Assembly: GCA_973895155.1 (NCBI GenBank)
Contig: OZ316894.1
Coordinates: forward strand, 5,232,944 to 5,296,943
Length of the DNA stretch: 64,000 nt
Direction of reading: 5' to 3'
From: Marsupella aquatica
Taxonomy: Eukaryota; Plantae; Marchantiophyta
In this document: piece by piece, positions 37,041 to 49,535 of the stretch
Position numbering within the stretch: position 1 is the first letter of the stretch
Layout of the letters: each line of letters starts with the position of its first letter
Program-made: the position numbers and the translations under genes
Notes under the pieces: model-generated
The model's input: the letters and a program-made list of their open reading frames with translations, nothing else
Told to the model about the DNA's origin: nothing
The model's database searches: none

Positions 37041-37564
37041 GACGGTGGATTGTCCAAAGTATTGAGATGTGGTTACACCTCACACTTGAATGGAGTCCAC
37101 ATCAGGTCCTTCTCCGCTAAGCAGGGTGCGACCACTTGACTCAGAGCATAACTCCATCTGAAGAATATATATTAAGCTTTGGTAAGACTTAATATTTTCC
37201 TTGATTACAGAAGGAACCCTGTTGGAGCTGAAAAGTGCTTGGTGTGATCTATGAAGTTCAAGGTACTTAACAAACAAAAAACGTTTTGTACATCTCCAAC
37301 ACTCAATCCTATATACTCAAAATCTTGCATAATCTGGCTTCGTAGAGCATAATTATGTAGGACTTCACATAGGCTGTAGGACTTCACATAGGCATCCAGT
37401 TCGCTAACCAGAAACCAAGTAACAAAAATTAGGTTTTCTGGGCAATATGACATAAATTGGGCTAGTGAGAGACTACGTGTGCTAGCGAAGTGGTGTCCAT
37501 TTGGGTTTTTCCCTCGTATGACAAAAACGTTTGCCAATGCCACCAAAAATTCCTCGCATGGTAC

Positions 37565-40500
37565 TTATACCCGGCTGCCCTCAACAGGTGGTTTCCTTTC
37601 ATAACATCTCCTTCCGTGTTTGTCAATGGACACAGACGTCCAGCCCAAACTTTCCATTTTCGAGTCGTCAAGTAAGGGACACGCTTTTACGAAAACTCGC
37701 ATGCCCTCCGTTTTCGTTGTCTGGGACGACTGCTCTGCTTGCAACCTGAGCTCGTCACTTTGCTCCCCTTGTGGCAATGCCACTTGAACCGAGTTCGACC
37801 TTCCCAAGCTTTCTGGCAGAGTCTTCAGTTTCCAGCAAACCTCAAGCGTGACTTCTTTCAGAGAAGAGAGTTGCCCCAAACTCTCCGGAAGGCTCACCAA
37901 CGTACGACAACGGCGGATGGTGAGCCTTTGTAGAGACGAGAGAGTTCCAAGCTCATCCGGCAATGTCTCCAAACACCACAACAAGTGCAGACTCAGGGCC
38001 CTTAATGACGAAAGGCTCCCCAAACCTGCCGGGAGGATCCGTGTCTCCCGCCCTTTGAGAGTTAGCTCATGTTCAAAGCACCGAAAGTGTTCAAAAAGGT
38101 CGGGTGCCTCCTCATGCCCATCACAATCAAATTCAACCTCTTGCAATGATGGAATTTGTCCGATGCCATCGAGTAGGCTTCTCGCGTTCTTTCCCACCGC
38201 AAGAGTCACTTTCTTCAGACACCGAAACTGCCGTACGCTCTCCGGCAGGCTTTCCAAGCTTCTTGACCGGATAGATAATTCTTCCAGGGAAGAGAGGGTT
38301 CCAAAATTGTCGGGCAGCCTCTCCAATTTAGAGGACCCCAATATCAACGTTCGAAGAGACTTCAGACGGGAAAAGCTGTCTGGTAGGGTCTGCAACAAAT
38401 TAGCATTATAAATGTACAAGACCTGCAGCTGAAGGAGCTGGCCAAAATCCGCTGGCAACCTCTTCAATCTCTTAGCGTTTTCGAGACTCAAGTCTCTCAA
38501 ATTATGGAGCCCCCCCAAGCTCTCTGGCAGGCAGTCCAAGGTTGATGAATCAATTGACAAAAATTCTAGTGAGGAGAGCTTTCCTAAAGTGTCCGGCAAC
38601 TCCTTCAACTGCGGGCATTGTAATTTGAAAGTTTCCAATAATGAAAGCTCCTCCATAATTTCAGGGAGAAGCTTAGCGACCGAAGACTTGAAAGTCAAAT
38701 GACGCAGTGCATACAACTTACCCACACTCAGAGGCAGAGTCTCCACCCTATCGACATTAAGCTCCAATTCCTCCAGTAGAGCAAGCTCTCCTAGGCTTTC
38801 GGGCAATATCTCCAATTTTGGACAAACTATCTTTAACTGGCGGAGAGATTTCAGACAGCAGAAACTTTCAGGTAAAGTCTCTAGGTGCGTAGATGAAATG
38901 TACAATTCCTTCAGTGCCGTCCATCCAGCGAAATCGTCGGGCAAGCTCCTTAGTTGTCCAGCCGTGCTAATGTGAAGTAATTCGAGTCCCGACAGAAGGC
39001 TGAAGCTGGGAGGGAGCCTTTCCAGAGCCAGGCCTGTCAAATACAGTACTCGTAGAGAGGCTAAGTTGCCAAAAGCATCCCCCAACTCTTCGAAGCCATC
39101 GCAATGCTCTATCCTTAATTGCTCGAGTCCCGAAAGCCGGGAGAAAGACTGCGGTAGACACTTGATCAACGGGCAGCTCGTGATGCGCACTTCTTCCAAT
39201 GACGTGAGTGAACTGCCAAAGGAGTCAGGGAGTCCTGCAAGCTCTTCACAGTCTTCAATTTCTAACGTTGCAAGGCGGGATAGATTCCCTAAGGATTCAG
39301 GTAACGCCAAAGATTTTATCCTGTCAAGTACAAGATGTTCGAGGGCTCGGAGGTTGCCTAGTGATTTCGGCAAAAGTGAAAGACCTTAGACTCCTCAACT
39401 CCAAGCGTCTCAACCGAGGTAGATTCCCAAAATTCTCAGGCAGATGGACCAAACCTGCTAGGTTAGATAGACACAAAATGCGCAGAATGGTCAGGTTCCC
39501 CAATGCTTCCAGAAACTCCTCTGGGACCCGAAAATGTGCTACATCCAGCACAGCCAAATTCTCCATTTTCTTGAGGCTCAGCTCGAACTTTGACAATTTC
39601 AATAGGTCACCTCCGACAACCTCTAGAAGCGATATCTTCCTCGTGAGACCATTTCCCGAACCGTCTGTGGAGACACCAGAAAGATCTATGTATTTTAATC
39701 CCTTCAGTTTAGCCAGCGAATCCAACTGAAGGGTCCTTTGGCGCTGGCCGGAATCATACCGGAGCCTCAAACATTTTGTCCTTACCTCCACCTGCACATT
39801 TAAAGGTAATTATTAAATCATTGTTTCCTAGCTACAAGTAGTGGTGGACTAAGAAGGCAGATATAAGAAAAGTAGGTATGGTTGAATTTTCTCCTTCTAG
39901 CCTACCTTGCATGATTTTAATAGGTACATCAGTTAACTGTACTGGAAAGAACCGTTACCTCCTTGTCATTCAACCGATCCACTGCTGAGTCTGACGATGC
40001 ATCATCAGTAGCCAAAACCATGATGTCATTGGAAATATTCTGAGCCAAGTCTCGAAGCTGCTCGTGGACCCATACTCGGTTCTTGATTTCTTTCACTAAT
40101 GACCTGCTCACCAAGTTGTCCCACGTTGTTTGCATAGTTTGTGTTAGACTGCTCCATGCGGCAAGGGCCCGGTCCAATGGCTCTTCGAAGAAACATGACG
40201 CAGCCTCTGTGAACATCTCCTGTTCCTCTGGTAACAGCGCATCGTAACTTATCCGCAAGGAAGCCCACAGTCTGTCCCTCTTCTCCCCAGTTATGGCTTG
40301 TGCTTCTCTCAACCTCTGTAGAGCTTCTATCCACACTTCAACATTTCTGCCTCTGAGGTAAGTGCCGATAACTTCCAACGTCAACGGCAACCCACCACAC
40401 TTTTTTACCACTGCATTGACTTTGTCAATCAAAAAGTCTGGAACATCCTTCAATTCAAATGCATGATGGCAGAATAGAGTCTTTGCATCATCGTCTTTCA

Positions 40501-43106
40501 AAAACCCTAGCTCATGTACAATGCAACCTTTATAATATTTGAAAACTTCTTTGTCACGGCTTGTCATGATAACACAACTGCCCGGTCCGAAGTGCTCCAA
40601 TTTTGGTAGAACTTTGAGCTGATCCTGCGCATCTACGTCATCCATGGCAATTAAAGCTTTCTTGCTGCGCAAATGCTGCCACTCCATTGAACCCTTGCCT
40701 GGTTTCTTCCCATTGTGATGAAAGTGATTGAGAACCCGATCCTCCAATTTGTGTGATGGCAAGCCTTTTACATTATCCACAAAGCACGTGTATTCAAAGT
40801 CTTTGGAAAGAATGTTAAATACATGCCTTGCAAGAGTGGTCTTGCCAATCCCACCCATGCCAAAAATTCCAAGAGCGGCTCCACCAACAAGCTTCTCCTG
40901 CACATCCAAGGCGCGTCTCTCCAAATCAAGAGGGAAGTTTGGAAGCCCATGAACTTCATGAATAGGCACTTCCACCTGAAGAGATCAAATAATTTGGATC
41001 AGAACAATCGGAATTATAGATAGCAACTATAGTGTTCATATGATAACCATCATTCATGGTTGAAGCCAACAATATACGTAGTTGTAAATCATTTTGAAGG
41101 TGGAAGAATGGTGAACTATGAAGGTATTTGGTTTTCACAGGATGTGAACGTTTAAGGAATCACTGTTACCACAAGCCACCTAGATTGAGCCTATCCAACT
41201 TTGCATATATAGGAAAAGTTTTGTCAAAAAAGCAACAGAGTTTTGGTCTATAGCGCTGGGGGACTCTATCAGTCCCACTCAAAGGTGGACCTGTGATGTA
41301 TCCTGAAATTAAGAAACTGTCCGGTCAATTCCAAGGAAGAAACTGTCCGGTCAACATCTGTGGTCTTGCCCAGCCAAATATTGACCCAGTGGGATTGCAA
41401 CAACTGGAAGTGCATTATCTCAATAACACTCAAGTTACCACAGAACCTCTATATAGAATTCAGAACAATCCGTAGCAATTGTCAGGCAGTGGTGTACGTC
41501 AAACGTCTATATCTTTAGGAGGCTTGCTCTTTCTATCGAGTTCTATTGCTTTTACTCATAGCCAAGTGTTGCAATAGCGCATCCATGTTGGTGACGTACA
41601 TTAAGCGAAAATGGAAATCTTTCGTTAATGTTAGTTAGTTAGTTAGCCGTTAGTTGGCTGCATAATCCTACCTTCATTTCGTCAACAACGTGCATGAGGA
41701 AGTCCTTGAGCTTGTGGAAGCTCCTTGAGGACTTGCTCCTTGCTCGACAAATGGAAAAATGGTCTGCTCCGTCTACAATGTTAAAATTGTACTTCCTCAC
41801 AGATGCCTCAGGGCCCACCATCACTTCCCCATCCTGCCCATCAATGACCAAAGGTTGAACTTCATTAGATCACAACTATGTGCTTGTCTCCATTCTAGGT
41901 TTTGAGAGCAGACTTCTCAACACCTCATAGTCGGCAATCCACAGGAACAAGTGCTTCTAAATTACTCAAAACATCAAATGTTAATACTGCAATTAGTAAA
42001 ATGCAGCTGCATACCATATGCTATAGAAGGTTGAATGCTCCGACAGCATTAATTGTTACTTCATGCAGAACACTACGAAGGGCTATTCAATTACAACAGT
42101 AAGCAATGCGAAATTTTGACTAAATAATTAGGTAGCAATCGCACTTGTACCAAATTGGTAGGGCGACCTTCACCAAGTCCTGCAAACTGCCACTTCTCAT
42201 ACACTTTCCGTATGGCATCAAATTGACTATTCAGCCGTTCCGTGTCTGTACTCAACGTTCTGAAGAACCTTAACAAAGCACCTCCAATTTTATCTGCCAG
42301 ACGGTCTGCAGCAGGGCTTCCGTGATGAGGGGTAGCATAATCAAATACCCTCTCATGCTGTTAACAAACTTCTCCAACTTCGCCCTCTGATAATCTCGGC
42401 TCACTTTGAGTCTCTCATGCGCTTGGCAACATAATTCTTTGATCACCAATCCTCCAATGGAGTGGCCTACCAATACAATTGGACAATTCGACACTTGCCC
42501 AATGTTTGCCATCAGAAGATCTGAGATCAGGTTTTCCCCTAAAATGAACATATCAATGTTATCGTTTGAGCTATTTCTTAGCATTCCACTGTAAGACACT
42601 GAGAATATCTGAGCTTCGGGAATCTCCTCAACCAACCACTGCTGCGGCCAGATGCAGGAGTCATCCTCAGATTTCCATGTAGACAGATGTGGGTCCCTGA
42701 TGTTTGGCCCCAACTGGAGGCCATGGAAAAACACAACCTGTATGCTCGGTCTGCCTGCAGGCTTGTACAACTGGTACACGGAGTCATTCACCTGAAAAAA
42801 CCAATCAGAATGAGAAAAAAGGGACTGCGAATGTCACCAGTCGTGCTCCGCATGGATGACAGAGGCTCGACACGGCTTAAAGGCAACGTCTTAAACAGCT
42901 ATAATGGGATTGGTGAGGTATGACTATAGTTATGCTCAAGTGCTTTCCAAATCGACTCAACTACAAAAACAAACCTAAAGCGATTTGGACAAATAGACTC
43001 TACGAAAAAGCAAAAATCCTCGAAGCCCCATTTCAGGGATCTGGACTGTGTATTACCTGCAAAATTTGAGAAGACCTTGCGGTCTGGATGAGGAGGCACC
43101 CAACAT
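37565..43106 (-). pseudogene. HNL copy 3, frameshifted as assembled (may be intact in vivo)
   Basis: Exons 43106-43057, 42791-42151, 41833-41672, 40975-39959 and 39791-37565. 1 bp indels at 43075-76 (-1), 42348-50 (-1) and 39372-75 (+1). Closest to copy 1 except in the last LRRs. Confidence 0.85.
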
Positions 43107-45146
43107 TGGGTGGCAAGGACTTTAAGAGCTTTGGGGACAATCAATGGGGCGTAGCCACAAGGGACCCACAAATAAGTTTATGGAAGGCTACTGAGAATCA
43201 TCGTCTTGATCTTCAGCGTCTTCTCATATCATTTAGGAGACTCATCCACTCACTTAAAAGTAAAGCAAGTGGTGTACTCAGTTCAGGGCTCGGTACTCAA
43301 TTGGAAGACGACTATTTGAGGAATTCAGGACCTGTCCGGTAGAAGTTTGTGACCCAAGACTAGAAACAAATTTGACATTTTCATGTCATTCTGAACTGGA
43401 GCAGAGTATGAATTACATATGCCAAAGTCTAATTTCAGGAAAACCGTTCTAAGAAGAATGCCGCACGTTTTAATCCGCAATGGTGACGTAGTTGGTCGGT
43501 ATAGTCCATAGTTTATACGACCACCGACTTAGACTCTCCTCGATCCATATATATCAGGAGCTCCAGAGGTCTAGAGTGGAACCGAACTGAATACAAACTG
43601 AAACAGTTTGCTTTGCATAGAACGTGGAAATGGTGACAATTTAGTCTAACTAAGATAAAACTACGCATTGGTCACGCTGGCAAAACGAGAAAACTAGGCC
43701 GATCCTGCGTCTCTTCTTTCCCCTGGACTGCTGTGACTTCTGCAATTGGACATTCGAGACAATTTCCAACACATTGTTAGTGATCTCTGTCTCACAGCAT
43801 GTGTGGAATGAAGACGATATGATGGTTCGCACTTGCGGGAGGACGACAGGGAATGCACGATGCAGTCGAGGTGGCAAAGAGACATTACTTAAAAACAGAA
43901 GCGGCGAACGACAATAGAATTTGATCACATCTGCTAAGGGGAATCAGCCATGGAGTGCTTTGAGGTGAACGACAATGAAAATTGATATCATTCGGTAAGG
44001 GGAATCAGCCATGGAATGAATTGAGGTGGGAAATGGACCAAGCCATCTGTTCTTGAGCAGTGTCTGCCTCTGTCCATCGAGCCTTTCTGAGCTCCAGAGA
44101 TTCGGAGGTGAGGGTGAAGTTTTGAGACCAGGGAACGATTTATTGAGAAGGTTGATCAGTTCATTAGAAGATCGAATCTCTTTTGAAGAAGTCACTGTTA
44201 GGTCAGTTGCGTTCGGTACTCGAGGATCAGCCAGGCTCTCAACGTACAGGTGAATAGCGTGATTAACTAAATCTTCTGGGGACGCAGATAGATGAGCTTG
44301 CAAACTATAGCTCTTCACGAATTGGGTTTCTAGCAGTCCAGGACATCGCTATTGAACAGGCCCAAATGAAGTGGGGAACAACATCACGCAATGAAACCCA
44401 AAACACACAATTTTAGTGGGTAACCAAGATCTAGAAGTATCGTGCAATACCTGATGAGCGCGTTTTCTGGTTCCTCAAGCTCACGTAAAAAACTCGACCG
44501 TCCCACAGCACAGTGAAGTTGACCTTGTCCAGGCCGTTCACGTCCCTTCAATATCATCAGTCGTCCGCACTGTAGAACATTTGGAAATCAGAAGAAATCT
44601 CGAAAAGATAGAAGCAACTGACAATAATTTGATGCCACGGTCACCTGGTGCACAGGTTCTAATCCAAGAGCCTAGCGAAAGCCGGCAGAACAAATGTGGA
44701 CGGCTTTGTGACGTTTGTACGAGAACAATTCCTTGGGATTGTGTGACTTTTGGTGCTCGGACCGATTGACCTGGCTTTAAGGTTTACCCTTCCAATGCTC
44801 ATCCTACCAAGGCAGCACTTGAAGGAATTGTAAAACTATGATTTTTCCTAGGCGCCCACCTTCCATCGAAGCTATGCCGGCCCTACTGAGGAGTCCACCG
44901 AGTGACCATAGCGACTGTAAACCTGACGGTTTGAGTTTGTCCCCTTTTGCACTAGGTCGCCTGTTTCACTTGAACTAAAGGAAGGTTACCCCTGCAGCGA
45001 TCGGTTTTAGTGGACGAGAGATTATTGTACATGATTGTATGAGTTGAACTTTGTTAAACTGATGGCTAATTTACGAGACCAGACTAACTTGGAAAGTTGT
45101 CCAGTCCGGGAATTTTGCTCTTGCAACTCGGAGCTTGTTGATATCA

Positions 45147-48100
45147 CAAGTTTATCTTGCACTTTCAGGTTATGAGTGCCCTTGACAGCCTTTGCCCAAA
45201 ATACAAACCCAACACACCGGGAGGGCTTAATGGATCAATTAAATCAGTTGCATAAGAGGTCCAGTACTCACTTGAAGAAGAGTTCATTATCAAACTATCG
45301 TGAGAATACAGCGGGTGAGTGTAGATAGCATAGAACGTGGACAATCCGGACAATTTATCAGCACTGATGTACCAATCCTATAGTTCTTTGACCAATAGTC
45401 ATGGGTATGCAGGAGAGCAAACAGTACCTTAAGAATTAAACAACAAAAAACTACATTATTTTCCAACCTTGAGTTTCTTCATTAATTTGACCTCAAGACC
45501 TTCAAAAAATCACAAAGAGTTTCTTCTTAAAATGCGGTGGGACTATTGCTATCATAGATTAAATATATCATGACCAAAGCAACTTTTGGGATAGATGAGT
45601 ACTGTAGTGCTGGGTGACACACCACAACATCCTTTAATTTTGCATGACATTATTCATTCAATTATGTTTTAGCTTAACACAAATCACCTCCTCTCCGCAT
45701 GGCCTTTTTTTGGCTTTGCATGGGTACCAACAGTGACACATAGGACGTATGCAAATACTGAGAGAACATGCCTTTCCAATTCAGGATACCCTTCTATGTA
45801 ATCTTTGAATGTTCTTGTCTAACTACCTTACCATACCAGCATACCCAGCTAGATTACCAAAAGCAAAAGCATAAGAGATACATGCATATAAAAACAAAAG
45901 CATAAATTGTTAGATCCAAAAGATCAGTGCATGCAATTGACAAGAGGCAGCGGTGAATGGTGGGCGAAAGCCACCATGCATGGGCCACGCACTAGCCATC
46001 AAATCTTCAATTTAACCGGCAACAGTGTGTACTACAAGCCGACAGTAGTTTAAGTTTGTGAGGGTGTTTCTTTCTGGGGTTCCATCGTGAAGTTTGTGTG
46101 ATATTGAGATACCTAAACCTCTTTTGTTGTGTCAAATGAGTTTGAGTTTGGGTTTTCAGGTACCCTTTTATAATGTGTTTTGGCTGTAGCTTCGTCATTT
46201 TAATGTGATTGGGCTAAAAGTTTTGGTGTTGGTGCCAATATGGGGACATTCACTGCAATTGTTTTGGGGAAAAATGAAACTCCCAGAATTTTCTGACTAG
46301 CAACACCAAACCAATCAGATAAATCCAAAAGAGTGGTAACATGCTCGGTAACATGCCTGTATAAGTGCTATACTTAAAACAGACAGGCAGGGCCACATAG
46401 GAGAGGGGCAACTTCCCATACTCCACATCAGAAAACAACATGAGGGTGGGGACAGGAGAAAGATTGGCAGGAAGGAAGGGTGGGGAAATGGTGAGGGGAG
46501 GGTATGGTTGTTTCAACACTCTCAACAACTTACACATTTGACAACACTTCTTTGCTCTATCTCAACATTTTCCATGCGACACACATGCATAGAACTAGTG
46601 ACAATAAATTATGTATTATTTGTGCAAACCAGGATGACACTAAATTAAACAAATAGGCTATTGCCAGAGTGGCTACCTCCCTAATTCACGAGATGTACTT
46701 GATGGACCCCTACTATAAGAAGTGTTATTAATGAACCCCATGAATGATCCAAACCCTTGTTGGCCCTTAAATCAATGGACCCAGAAATCACCTAAATTGT
46801 AAAACTAATGCAATACATCAAAGCAACATTACACTCATTCTTCTCCTCTCCTCTCTGGCCATTTTGCTCCACACTTTCAGGAAAAGGGCACTATTTATGG
46901 TGACACCGGTTTTGTCATGGTTGGAAATGGTTGAAAGGAATTTGGGAGAGAAATATACCCAATGGTCACCTAAATTGGAAAATTTTGCTCTATGTACCGC
47001 AAGAGTTTTTGGGGAAGCGGAATGACCATAAATATATTCTAATGGACACCTAAATTGAAAAAATATATGGCTAGTGGCCGTTTCAGAAAAAAAACATCAA
47101 CAAACACTTTTCAATCTAGGTGTTCATGGAGTATGTGTTTTTCAATTTACAGTAGGTGTCCATCAAGAATATTTCTCGTCCAAATGGGCCTGGACTTAGA
47201 GACACGCCTGTACCTGTCCCTGTGCTTTACCAGTACCGTATGTGGGCGCCGCGTCGCAATGCCGTCATTACGGTTTGTTCTCCAAAAGCTATTTGATTCC
47301 TTTCCTCAGTCTTTCCTTTCGTTACTGTTCTTCTCTCACTGTTCTCGTCCAAAGCTTTATCCTATGCAGAAGGTCGCGAAGGTCGGCCCTGCAGAGTCCA
47401 GACAGTCGACTGCCATGTCGGTTCAGGTTCAGGTTCATGTCCTTCCCAAGCTGCCACGGCACTCGAGAATGAGAAGCATGTCTTTGTGATGCAGTTCAAT
47501 TCGCTACGGCTCGGAAATGAGCCGCATCGCCATGGGATGCTCCTCGTTTCTACCTTTCAAGTGTTGAGGTCTCGGCTTGAGTGCGGACTCGTCTTTCGGC
47601 TGCTCTTTCTTCCTCTGTTGTTGGCGTGTGTGTTGTCCGTGTGAGGATAGCTTGCTACATGCGAGCGAGATGCTAGGTTCCATTATTTTTGATTCCCTAT
47701 CGGCGCAATATGGGTTTGATTTCCAGCATCTTATAGTTAGCTATGTGTGAGCAAGATGCTAGGGTTTTGGGAAGCTCGGACCTGATCGGCACTGCCGTTG
47801 TCGAGACTTGTGCGTTGTTGCAGTAGAGGTTCAGCTTTAGAGGCAGGGTTGATATTTGTGGTAGGGATGATGATCTCGATTAGATGTATGAGGCAGCTTG
47901 CTGCCTTTGATTCGAAACATTAACGAGGCATATCTATTCTATGACTGAATTGTCCTTCGCTAGTTTTAGTTTCAGTTTTCTCTTTCACTCCCTGTGTCTG
48001 TGGCTGACCGTTAGAGGACGAACCACCGGCTGGCAAGGCAGTTGCAGAGTCTTGGGGTCCTTTGTTGCTTGGCCTGCAAATGAATTATCCACGCATAAGA

Positions 48101-48264
48101 AGACTCGTCCCTATGCGTGGAGTCTTCTTGCCTCTTTCTCACCTGTCTATTGTGCAAAATCTGGAGCATAAATTCTAAGTTAGTTGTGGATGCAGATTTC
48201 CATGGCTATCGCTCTTTCGATTTGTGCTCGTTATTAGTATGCTACCTCCTTCTAGTCTCTGTTG
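45147..48264. other. Unique 3.1 kb segment interrupting the array, flanked by a ~500 bp duplication of unit sequence
   Basis: Unit homology stops after gttgatatca (45146) and resumes at acctggtgcaccggttct (about 48266), so 44643-45146 recurs at about 48266-48770. The segment contains exon-like relics and a gene-leader-like region. Confidence 0.75.
46940..47187. mobile_element. MITE-like inverted-repeat element
   Basis: The left end atttgggagagaaatatacccaatggtcacctaaattggaaaa resembles the reverse complement of the right end (atttggacgagaaatattcttgatggacaccta...aaattgaaaaa). The motif atggacacctaaattgaaaa is repeated internally in both orientations. No clear TSD. Confidence 0.5.
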
Positions 48265-48845
48265 TACCTGGTGCACCGGTTCTAATCCAAGAGCCTATCG
48301 AAGCCGGCAGAACAAATGTGGACGGCTTTGTGATGTTTGTATGAGAACAATTTCTTGGGATTGTGTGACCTTTGGTGCTCGGACGGATTGACCTAGCTTA
48401 CAGTTTACCCTTCCAATGCCCACCCTAACAAGTCAGCACTTGAAGGAATTGTAAATTGTGGTCCCTTAGGAAGATTTTTCCTAAGGGACCACCTTCCAGC
48501 GAAGCTATACCGGCTCCACTAAGGAGTCCACCGAGGGACCAATGCGACTGTAAACCTGACGTGTTCCCTTTTGCAGTAGGTCGCCTGTTTCACTTGAACG
48601 AAGGGAAGGTTGCCCCTGCAGCGATCGGTTTTAGTGGACGAGAGATTATTTTACATGATGTTATGAGTTGGAATTTTGTTAAATGATGGCTAATTTAAGA
48701 GACCAAGCTAACTTGGAAAGCTGGACAGTCCGGGAATTTTGCTCTTGCAACTTGGAGCTTGTTGATATCAAGAATCATCTGCAACCTTGTTTTGTAGACG
48801 ATTAGCACTAGGTTGCAATATGTTGCGATGTGTTCAGATCCGGCC

Positions 48846-49061
48846 AGTCGATTTGTAGAAAAAAAATAGATTTCAAATCTTGTGCAATTTGGCGGACAGC
48901 GATTTCGCACGTAGAATCAAGGCAGATGAAGTAAATCGATGTAATATTTGGGTAGTCGATTTGTAGAAAAAAATAGATTTCAAATCTTGTGCAATTTGGC
49001 GGACAGCGAATTTGCACGTAGAATCAAGGCAGATGAAGGAAATCGATGTAATATTTGGGTA
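48846..49061. repeat. ~108 bp tandem duplication
   Basis: agtcgatttgtagaaaaaa...gtaatatttgggta occurs twice in succession. The homologous region of other units has a single copy. Confidence 0.9.
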
Positions 49062-49535
49062 GAGCTGATAAACACACCTCGCAAATTCAAAATTTCAGTC
49101 ACCCAAAAATTTTGCTGCTTACCATCACGAGAATTGAGCCAGAGATAAATGTGGAATTCTGTAGATCAATTGAACCACTCCTGCCCCATGAGCGGGTACT
49201 CGCATTTGAAAAGTTAAACATTGGAGAGTGACCAAAATTGTCACAACCTGCCCTCTTGCCCAGGCATTACCCAAGCACCTAATGCTAATGCCAGTTGCTT
49301 TGGATCCAGAGTGCGCTGGTGAAGGGAGAGGGGATGGGAGACTGCACCATCCACTCGGGCATTCACTCGTTGCGGAGATTGTACTTTATTCTATTTCAGC
49401 ATCCTTTGCGTTAGCTCGTCTGCCGCTGCATGAAATTGCGAACATGCAATTCAGGACCTAGGAGTTTGGAAAAGGAGAGACAACTCAAAATGATCTTCAC
49501 TATATATCAGCTATGTATTGGTACTCTGATTGCGG

